Assembly: GCA_002269645.1 (NCBI GenBank)
Contig: NIVC01001128.1
Coordinates: forward strand, 124,001 to 188,000
Length of the DNA stretch: 64,000 nucleotides
Origin: Macrostomum lignano
Lineage: Eukaryota
Direction: 5' to 3'
Of this stretch, positions 55,079-64,000 are shown piece after piece. Every line of letters starts with the position of its first letter. Positions within the stretch are counted from its first letter, which is position 1. The notes under the pieces were generated by a model. The model was not told the origin of the DNA. It did no database searches and worked only from the letters and a program-made list of their open reading frames with translations. The position numbers and the translations under genes are program-made.

Positions 55079-57360
55079 GACAGACAGACAAATCGTGAAC
55101 TACACATTTTTGAGCAAAGAACTCACTAAGCTTTTTAACCAAGACTTTTTAAAATGATCAGTATGTTCATTAGAAGCAATCAATCAGTAAATATTGATGT
55201 ACAAACCATGAAAAACTTTCCACCGAAGCCGCCGTCAATTCTCGGACAGATCACTCGAAACTGATGCTGCGGTCGACGCATGACTTTGGCCAGCACCGCG
55301 GCCACAATCTCTGCCCACTGATGCGGCGCGTTCACTACAAAACCTTCCTCGGTTTGGCGGACACTCGCGGTGATCGACTCCATGAAAAAGTGCATCTGCT
55401 CACCCACAGAAATCTCACCTTCTACTTGAACCGGCTGTTCGCTTAAGGCAATATCGGGGTCCAGTTTAGAAACTTTCTGAGTATCGTGAAAGTAAATTGA
55501 CTTCTTTTTGAATGCTTCTGTTGGGTGCAGAATCGGTTCCGACTTTCCGGGTTCGTATCGGACAGCCACCAGACTGGCCGCTCGGTCGGCGGCCCACTGC
55601 GAGTCAGCCGCAGCCACGGCTATGGGCTGACCGGCAAATGCCACGTCGGACGAAGGAAAAATTTCGTCTGTTTGCCTTGGAAATTTTTTTCTGTGTTATA
55701 AATGGAAATTACGCACCTGTGCATCTCTGAAGCTATAATATTACGAGTACTTACGAATCCTTTGGGAAAATAGGCAAGCTAATATTATTGTTGTATCTTC
55801 CTTCCAGGTCACTGACAGACAGTAAGCGCTGATACCCAGGAACATTCTAAAACGGAAAGCAAGAGATACTTCCAATCAGCTACTAAGGCACATTTGTTGT
55901 TGGTCGTAACTACTTGGATTGTTAATGTTAAATAACCTCAGCTTCCTCAGTGTCGAAACCTGTGACCTTGATGGCGGCCTCGGGAGCCAGAACGTAGGCC
56001 AAGAGCAGCTCATTTGCGTGAGCTGGGTAGTCGTTCACGTAGGTGGCCTCGCCGGATGTCTGCGCCTTGGACTCGAGCTTCCTGACCGACTGGCCCAGCG
56101 GTGCCGGCTGAAGCTCTTCGACAAAGTCCTGCTCGCCCCTCTGGAGAGGCCGGGTGAGGACGGGACCGCCCGAGCGAGCGGCGCCTTCCACAGCGTCGCT
56201 GCCGATGTCCAAGATGGTCTTGTAGAGAAGATTCACGGCCAGCTGTCGACGGTGCTCGGGCGAGGAGGCGGTGGCTTCCTCGACCGGCACCACCTCCGAC
56301 TCGAGCACCTTTAGTGCCGCTGTGAGGATTAAAATGCTTGAGTAAAATAATAATCTTATTATCATTGAAAATAATATTGTTTTAAGTTTTCATAAGCTTA
56401 CACTCCACAACTTCTGAATCCATAAGGCTCTTGTGCAGAAGAAAGTTCTCTGTCCCCGTGGCTCGATTCTACGACAAAAACGTACACAAAAATTAAGCTG
56501 TGAGGCTACTAAAGCTACAGAACTACAGAACCACATGCAGTGCTTACAAATTTGTCAGAAATTCCTCCAATAACAATAGTAGGACGCTCAATCACAGTGT
56601 AGTCTTTTTGCTTATTAACGGCAAGCTGGAACGCTCCGTTGACGTAGGCATGAGCGTTCTGCAAAACGTGGAGAGTGACATTTTATATACTAGAGCAGTG
56701 AAAAAGAGCTAGATAATGTTGCACGTGTAACTCACAAGCTGACGCGGCGTGATCTTGAACGACCTGTAGAAGTGCTGGTCCGTCGAGATCGCCGGCAGCT
56801 TGGCCGACACGATCACCTTCCCGCGCATGTCCAGCCTCAGAAAGTCGGTCAGCACGTGATCCTGAGTACCCTGCTCATCCGCCACCTTGATCACGGTCTT
56901 TGCCGCCTCCAGTGTGATGAACACGTCCGACGGAAAGTCCTGGTGTCGGTGCTTCATCATGAGGTTTCCAGCCCACGACGCATTCGCGCGAACGGCCTGA
57001 TTGGCTACCTGCTGGTAGTGGTCGCTGATTCTGTCGAGGTGAGCCAGTCCGGTCACCTTCTCGGCGGCCTCCTTGAATGTGTCGATCAACTCGCGCAGAG
57101 TGACGGTAGCACCGATCTCCAGACCCGACTTGCTCAGCTGAAACCAATGCGAAGTGTTGAGCACATCGCGAAGGAAGTCGTTCAGGCTGGTCTCAGGGTT
57201 GCAGTCTCTGGGAACTACATTAAACGTTTGGGAAGAAATTGATCAAAAGTGCCAATTAATGAAGAAAAGTCAAGAAAGAATGCTTATCTCGCTTACTATC
57301 GATGGGTTTTCCATTGACCCACACTGCTGGGTCTCTGATGGAAGACGAGACGTCACTCAT
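50999..57360 (-). CDS. Aldehyde oxidase/xanthine dehydrogenase-family molybdo-flavoenzyme, copy A: lacks the [2Fe-2S] domains and has an early stop (possibly a decaying paralog)
   Basis: Eleven phase-consistent exons: 57360-57297, 57214-56736, 56658-56548, 56468-56402, 56319-55937, 55846-55755, 55690-55207, 54716-54276, 53749-53636, 53548-53118, 51500-50999(TAG); 3168 nt = 1055 aa. Motifs [36 protein letters not shown]|[25 protein letters not shown]-like [39 protein letters not shown]. Confidence 0.88.
52322..52635 (+). mobile_element. tRNA-derived SINE family B with a CORE-like central domain
   Basis: A box TAGCCTAG.., B box GGTTCGATTCC. 52405-52462 GTGTCCTTGAGCAAGACACTTAACTCTGCATTGCTTCAGTTCACCCAGCTGTAAAATG resembles the MIR/CORE consensus (GTGACCTTGGGCAAGTCACTTAAC..CTCAGTTTCCTCATCTGTAAAATG). 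Ends in a (TAA/TTA)n tail. Confidence 0.8.
53905..54192 (-). mobile_element. tRNA-derived SINE family B, second copy (opposite orientation)
   Basis: Minus strand TAGCCTAGTGGTCAGAGAGCGTCGGACTCATGACTGAAAGGTCGGGAGTTCGATTC (tRNA-Met-like head), followed by the same body as 52322-52635. Confidence 0.8.
54803..55090. repeat. (GACA)n microsatellite interrupted by an ~85-bp insert (54855-54940)
   Basis: Direct reading; the insert ends in AAGTAAGTAA. Confidence 0.9.
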
Positions 57361-57808
57361 AGTCGGTCGGTTTGCAGATCAATACAATTTCTGTCGTTTT
57401 TTTCTATCGAACGACGGCTCTCCCACAGTCACTTCAGCTACTGTTTTAAATAGCATACTCCAGCGAGAAAGTGTGCTTAGCTTATTTGGTATTGCTGCTT
57501 TTAGCCAATTAAGGCAAGTCAGATCTTTACTATCTTTTGAAGTACTTGGCAAAGGAAATGGAACGGCTTTTTTAGATTGGAGCCGGTCAGTATGTGTTCA
57601 AACTTTATTGCACGTGCCTCGCTATGTCAGCAGTTTATAGCTTGCTGAATGCCAACACTTGCGTTAGAAATTGATCTCTTAATGATAAGAGAACGGAAGA
57701 TAGCTTTGATATACATGTAGAACTGAGAAGCTCGTGTTTTTCGAACTACATTTCATAGCCACACTCCTTTGACCGACAACAAGCATTTTGAAACGATTTC
57801 TTTTAATA

Positions 57809-58481
57809 AACTCAGCAACATTGAAAAGTTTCCACCCTCGCGCCAGCCGTATATTTAGAGTTTCAAAACTGGTTTTTGTCGCCAGACTTGTGCTATGGAC
57901 AAAAACTTGGGTCATAGACGCCAGATAGGTCGAAGGAAACAGTCACATGGAGCAGACAGCAGCAGCTTACAGGAGTCTAAAATCCACGTTCGCAACCGAA
58001 CGCAATGGTTCGCCAAATGACCGACCTGGAACGAGCGCGCGCCATTGGCATGCTGGACGCTGGGATGTCCATCCGAGCTGTTGCTCGCTAAATTGGGCGG
58101 TCATGAATCCCATAGAGCACGTTTGGGATTACCTGAAGCGCTCGATTCGGCGCGACAATCCGCCGCAAAACGTTGCCCAACTGCGCGAATCACTGTCTAC
58201 TGCATGGCAACAACTACCGCAAGATTTTCTGCGACGCCTGGTTCTGGGGATGCCCCGGAGAGTGAGCGCTCTGCTGCACGCACGTGGCTGCTATACGCGT
58301 TACTGACCCTGTTCTGGGCAAGTTGTCACCCATGCTCGCGTACTTTGTTTCTTCGCTGTTCCTTTGCTTCGTTCGAATCCGGATTATATATTTGTCTATG
58401 GCTCAAACCACGAACATCTCCACCCACCAAAACGTTGACCCTTCGCGCGTTGGGGTGGAAACTTTTCAATGTTGCTGAGTT
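57809..58481 (+). mobile_element. Internally deleted Tc1-like transposon
   Basis: TIRs AACTCAGCAACATTGAAAAGTTTCCACCC / GGGTGGAAACTTTTCAATGTTGCTGAGTT, TA on the left flank. N-terminal HTH (MVRQMTDLERARAIGMLDAGMSIRAVAR*, from ~58006) is joined directly to the C-terminal part (MNPIEHVWDYLKR...RRLVLGMPRRVSALLHARGCYTRY*). Confidence 0.88.
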
Positions 58482-58823
58482 GAATTGTCTATGGCCGAAA
58501 CAGGACTTTCAGTTATTGACCAGCCATTAAGCAAAGGTCATTACCGTGATGTAAAATTTCGATCAGTGGCTTGCAAGGCCGATAGTGTGTAGCTGATAAA
58601 TACGTTTCGGCCATACACCATCCACAGAAAAGCAAATGCTTATATTCCTGCATTCATGCCAAAAAAATTGGCTAGACTATAATCTGTTCTTCTGATTTAT
58701 ACCCTTTTGACCGCTCCAAATAAATGGCTCCGCCAATAGGAAAGCAAGAATCATTTATCTGGCCCGAGCCAAATAAACGATCCAAATAAATTAGACGCAC
58801 GAATAACGATTTTTTTAATTTTA

Positions 58824-59370
58824 TTTCGTCTATGGTTATAATAGACAATTATAGTAGAAAACAGAGTATAATGTTGTGAACAAGTAAATAACACAAACTT
58901 TTCCGTTTAAAGTTAGTCAATGGGTCATAACAAAGCAGCTCAATCAAACTAGACAACTACACGATTCGTCTCACCGCACAACTCCACACGCATCTTCTTT
59001 GCTAGTGGCTGTCCATTGGCAGGCCCTCATTCGTGTCTTCATGCCACGATCGAAAGACTCCTAGCCATCCAATTGCACTTCTTCTTTGTAGCTTCTGGCA
59101 CATCAGACGCAATCATTTCATTGAGTCTTTGCTCATCTTCGTTGTAGTCGGTTGCCGGAGGAGCATTTGACAAGTTATCCAGAAGAGCTTGGACTTCAGC
59201 AAGACTAATACGTTCAAAACCGAAGCTCATGTCTTCAATGTCACTCATGTTGAAAATAGCTCGAATTTCGCAGTTTTTTTAATTTAAGAGATTTAGTTGA
59301 GATTTCTCCCTCTGCAAGCTTCGCTTTTTTTTTTTAGTAACTGTACCAAGCTTTTTTTCGTCTATGGTTA
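58824..59370 (-). mobile_element. Putative non-autonomous Crypton-like (tyrosine-recombinase transposon) remnant
   Basis: 15-bp direct repeats TTTCGTCTATGGTTA at 58824-58838 and 59356-59370. The ORF from ATG 59248 gives ..LNEMIASDVPEATKKKCNWMAR, and a 1-nt shift continues VFRSW, matching by eye the P..T.K.T.WA..VF..W N-terminal pattern of Crypton/DUF3504 proteins. Confidence 0.45.
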
Positions 59371-59460
59371 GAATGTGGGGGCTTCGCCCCCACACCCCCA
59401 GCAAGCAATCCTCCCCCTCATCCCCGCTATAGCAGCCAACATACCGAACGGGGTATAAAT

Positions 59461-60386
59461 ATATAGGATTTTTCGTTTGATTTCATAAAATTGTCATTTG
59501 ATTTCGTCCATAGAAGTTGGCAGCGCGGCCATAGAGTCTATGGCAATAAAGTGCTCTGTTTTCCGATTGAATTCATAACTTTGCCACTTCATTTCGACTT
59601 GACGCGCGGAGTGACTCAAACACTGCCAGAGGGGGCTGGGATATCAGTGGTGAATATCTATGGCCAAACCTCTCATGGAAATGAAAAGCCTATATGAACG
59701 TGTCCTCTTCTTGGGCAACAGTCACCTTCCTTGTGTGCCTAAAAATGGCTGCATACGCGTCCATTGGAAACGTATAAACGCGGCCAATCGTATTCAACTG
59801 CGAACTCTGCCACCGTACTCTCCATTTCTTAACGCCGCGGAGCAGGCACACAGTTGTCTCAAGGCTTCGCTTAAACGCCAGCTAGCAACACCTGAGCTTC
59901 AACAGGAACTTGGCAATCCGCCTGATGGCATCAACCTATAACGCAGTGGAGACTCATGCTGCTTTTCCGCTACGGCTACGTTGCACCAGAGGAAATTTCC
60001 GCCGCGAAGTGCCTTGCCTGGGAACGACATGTGATGCGGTTTCTGCCCCTGTGCATCAATGAGCAGCAGATAATGTGAAATTTGTAGCTTGTTGCAGCGA
60101 ATGAGCATTAACTTTGGCTGACATAACTGATTTCACTGTTGCAACTGCCTACTTCCTCATGTGACTTAAATACACAGCTTTCTGTTTTAACAGTTCTTTC
60201 TGTACTGGACAAGCGCATCGACTTTTCTGTTGCCTTTCTACTGGGTATGTCGAAATGAAGTGGCAAAGTTATGAATTCAATCGGAAAACAGTGCACTTTA
60301 TTGCCATAGACTCTATGGCCGCGCTGCCAACTTCTATGGACGAAATCAAATGACAATTTTATAAAATCAAACGAAAAATCCTATAT
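59461..60386 (+). mobile_element. IS630/Tc1-mariner superfamily derivative with ~138-bp near-perfect TIRs and a degraded transposase C-terminus
   Basis: 59461-59598 is inverted at 60249-60386. Internal LRTLPPYSPFLNAAEQAHSCLKASLKR (DDE third-acid motif) and ..EEISAAKCLAWERHVMRFLPLCI..*. Confidence 0.85.
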
Positions 60387-61041
60387 TATTTCCGTTTATT
60401 TAGTCTATGGTATGAATTAATGGCAGAGGACTCGTTTCTTGGCCGAGGCAAAGAAACAAATAAACAGAAATAACTTATACTTCTATACTAAAAATATGCC
60501 TAAACACTGATGCTAAAAGCGATTTAAAAGTTGAGTACACTTCATATATAGTCATTTCTTAGTTTATTCTTCTTAAAGCGCAAAACACTGAATATTATTA
60601 CAAATAAAAAACTTTTAGACGTTTTGGTCTTATTAATTCTTTTTTAAGTTTCTTTAAAGTAGAACAACGTTTGCAATAAAAATCAATTCTAGATCGGTGA
60701 CATTGTGTGATTGGCATAAAATCATTGAGAAAGGATATATCCAGAGCAACAATCAGCATAAACACTCACACATACTCGTAGGTATTTATTTTAAAATTTG
60801 TTAAAGTATTAAATTAAAATATTGCATAAAGAATCGAGTCGTTTCCAGGGTTGCAGATTGGTTTATTAAGTGAGTGATTTATTAACTATCGACCAAACAA
60901 AGGTTTGATAAAAAATCATTCTTCATAAATATATTAAGCTCGGACCAGGCGTGGCATGGTTCAATCAAAGAATATAAACTGTAATCATTATGATTTTTTA
61001 CTCAAACTGCCCCAAAAATTTACTCAAATAAAGTAGGGCTT

Positions 61042-63089
61042 TTACTTGAACATCTTAAACTGCCTGTCCTTGGCGCCGACCTCGCACAGCTGGAGCACCC
61101 GGGCCGGCGTCAGCGGCAGCTCGAACGTCAGGTTCACGTCCGGCTTTCCCTGCTGCTTCCGGAAGGCCTCAATCGCTCTCTTGATGGCGGTGACGCAGGT
61201 GGCCGCCAGACCGAGCGGCGGCTCCCCGATCGCCTTCGTGCTGAACACGCTGTCGGTGTCTCCCGGCTTCTTCAGCAGGTGGACGCGGAAGTCGCGCGGC
61301 ACGTCGGCAGCCTGCGGCGGCTTATAGTTCCAGGTACCGTCGGCCAGGTTTCGCCCGGTGTCGGAGTCGTACACGGTTCTCTCGGTCAGGTAGTAACCCA
61401 TGCCGAACACGTAGGCGCCCTCGATCTGGCCAATGTCCACGCCAGGGTTGAGGCTCTTGCCGATGTCCATCATGATGTCCGAGCGCAGGACGACGTACTC
61501 GCCGGTGAGGATGTCCACTTCCACCTCTGCCGCGCCAACGCCGAGGGTAGAGTAGCGAGCGTGCTTGTTTTCCCGGTTCTGTGAGACGTAGCTGTGTATT
61601 AATATATGTTTAGGCAAAAATAGATGCTCAGGTAATATTGTTGTCTAAAACACGAGCCACTGTTTCATTCTGCCTAACTGAGTTTGCAAGGTATTTTCTT
61701 TTTAAGAACCAGAGTTAACAACTCTTTTCAAAGTTAACCAACTTCAAGTGACTTAAACCTGTAAACTTGTGAAATTTCGTGCGCGATATGCAAACAAAGT
61801 TATATTCAGTTCAATTGGCACCTGTTTAGGATCCACCCCATGTACTATAAACGATATATTAAGTGTTATAGTACGCTCGTACATTGAAAAAATTTCTTAA
61901 CTGAAGTTTCTTACGTTCCAAACGCCTTGAGCAAGACTCCCGACATAATAGCGGTCATTACTAGCTCATTCCAACCGGCATCTGGCTTATTCTCTTTGAT
62001 TGGCAGCAAGCGCTCTCTGATTTGCTCGGCAGCAACCTTCGCGGCCATTGCGTTGAGCTCGCTGGTAGCGCTGCCACCAGTTCCGTCCATCTGCGGCAGC
62101 AGCATGCTATCTGTCGGTTTGGTCTTCACCATGTCGAGCGTAGCGCCAAACTCGGCCAGTTGAGCAACAGCCGCTTGAGCAACTTTCGTAGTCAGACCCT
62201 GGCCCATCTCTGAACCGCTGTGCACAATAGAGATGCTGCCGTCCATGTGCACTGTCATGTCCACTTCCGATGGGCCAAATCTGGCGTAGCTGATGTGGTA
62301 CGAGATTGCAGACATGTCGAGTCCTCTCTTCTTGTAGTGATTTTCCTAAAAGTATGATATAGGTTACCGAGTATTCATTTTTATTTTTTAATTTTTTATT
62401 CAGAAATATAACTTTGCAAGGTCGAAAGAATTAATATCATTGGTAACAATCACACCTTATTGAACTTCTCGATTGCACTTCGACGCTTCTCAATATCGGC
62501 CTCTTTGTAAAGGTCGTCCCACATCCGCCCCAGGTTATTGTCAGCTCGCTCCATTCCGTGCTGGTCGACCTATAGTGATTGTTCGCGTGTATTTTTTACT
62601 GACTAAACGTCATATTATTGTTTCGAAGCGAGCATCAGAATTACAAACCTGGCCAGCACGATAAAGATTCTTCCTTTTAAACTCAATCGGATCCATCCTG
62701 AGCTCATGGGCCATATGGTCCATCATGAGTAGATTAAGCATAGCGGCTGGAGCGGATCCGGGCGCCCTGACGGCAGTAGCCTGCGGCTTGTTTGACTTCA
62801 TGTAGGTTAGGTCCCGTTTAAATGTGTCAGCGTGATACGCCTGGTCCAGCGAATCGTCCATCTCGCGGCCGATCAGCGTGATGAAGTTGCACGCGTATCC
62901 AGCTTCAACAGCCGAGTCCCAGTGAACGCTTCGGAGAACGCCATCAGTGTCAGCTCCGGCCTTGTACTTAGCAACAATGGTCGGTCGCTTCTGTCCGCTG
63001 AGTGCAAAGGTGTCCAGGCGTAGGTACATCCGGCAGGGACGATGCGTGATGTCGCATGCAATCGCGCACACCGCAATCACGTGATCTAC
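61042..63089 (-). CDS. Aldehyde oxidase-like molybdo-flavoenzyme, copy B, last four exons (5' part beyond the window)
   Basis: Exons 63089-62649, 62569-62456, 62345-61915 and 61591-61042(TAA); the first three match copy A exons 8-10 in length (441/114/431 nt) and phase. KAIGEPPL is present and the C-terminus is intact (..RVLQLCEVGAKDRQFKMFK*). Confidence 0.9.
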
Positions 63090-63334
63090 CTGCAATTCGG
63101 CCCCGAATTTCAGAGATGCTCAGAGAGAGATAGGGGCGTAGCGTGGAGCTTAGCTGGCCCTTTTAGGCTTGTAATTCGTGGTACCGGCGCTTAGCTTACG
63201 TCAAGCGCCCTCCCCCCCCCCAAATAAATGGGGCCCAAATATACGTGAAAAGACTCGCACCCACAATTAACCCTGTGACTACTTGCTTAGGCCCGATTCA
63301 AAAACAACTGCATAGTAACTAGTGAATCTACCAG

Positions 63335-63585
63335 TTACCAGCTACCAGCTACCAGCTACCAGTTAGCAGCTACCAGCTACCAGCTACCGGCTATCAGCTA
63401 CCAGTTAGCAGCTACCAGTTACCAGCTACCGGCTACCAGCTACCGGCTACCATCTACCGGCTACCAGCTACCGGCTACCATCTACCGGCTACCAGCTACC
63501 AGCTACCAGCTACCGGCTATCAGCTACCAGTTACCAGCTACCAGCTACCGGCTACCAGCTACCGGCTACCAGCTACCAGCTACAT
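63335..63585. repeat. 7-bp tandem repeat
   Basis: Unit CTACC(A/G)G. Confidence 0.95.
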
Positions 63586-64000
63586 TGTACCAGTGATTAC
63601 TTTTCAGTCTGAGAAAAGCCAGTCCCCTAGACGTGTTCTGATTGGTCGAGAAACCCTTTAAACAGCCGTCAAAACTAAACGGATTTGGTAGACTTCGATT
63701 TGCTTCCTTGATAGATTCACAAAAATTCCAAATAAAGAAGGTTGCGGCCTACTTGTTATTTATGAAATCGGATTTTGAAGGACTGGTAAAAATCAGTAGT
63801 AGCTCCATCTATTTGATGCAAGATTATGAATGCAGCAACTACTTGACAGTTGACACTGCTGAATATACGTCTGTAAGACGGTATTTCTGAAGTCACTTTA
63901 GTCACATGAGAGAGAGAGAGAGATGAAGAACCCATGAGTAGGCACTAAGTGAAGAATTTTGAGGCTTATTTTGTTAAATCTCTTATCTATCTTAAGACTG

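Noticed and set aside
55717-55726. Possible 10-nt microexon AGATGCACAG in AOX copy A
   Set aside because: It would need a 28-nt intron and breaks the frame; the acceptor at 55691 restores the frame without it.
50999-63089. Horizontal transfer or bacterial contamination as the origin of the AOX-like or PhyH-like genes
   Set aside because: Both have multiple canonical spliceosomal introns and host-type repeats; nothing in the sequence indicates prokaryotic DNA.

Overview
Eukaryotic (metazoan) genomic DNA with GT-AG spliceosomal introns, GC-rich exons, and AT-rich introns and intergenic DNA filled with mini- and microsatellites and non-autonomous transposons. The architecture resembles a free-living flatworm such as Macrostomum (inference; the sequence does not prove the species). 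I found no rRNA, bona fide tRNA or CRISPR array. Genes reconstructed by hand from splice sites and reading phase, left to right: the last 3 exons of a deoxynucleoside kinase (+); an intronless DEG/ENaC channel (-); a largely single-exon protein with two apparent degenerate small-GTPase-like folds (+); an allatostatin-A/galanin-type GPCR (+); a WDR49/EFCAB8-family EF-hand + WD40 gene (-, at least 11 exons plus a candidate 15-nt microexon); a frameshifted, 5'-truncated PhyH-family dioxygenase (+); a 5-exon calmodulin-like gene (-); and two tandem aldehyde-oxidase-like molybdo-flavoenzyme genes (-). Most notable observations: (1) the complete AOX-like copy keeps an open 1055-codon frame but lacks both [2Fe-2S] domains through an in-frame fusion; (2) the two paralogs share a near-identical last exon despite diverged neighbouring exons, suggesting gene conversion; (3) a GTCTATGG/CCATAGAC motif is strongly over-represented at element ends, and one direct-repeat pair brackets a Crypton/DUF3504-like ORF remnant; (4) the ENaC has altered HG and GxS motifs. 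All calls are by eye; no database searches were run.
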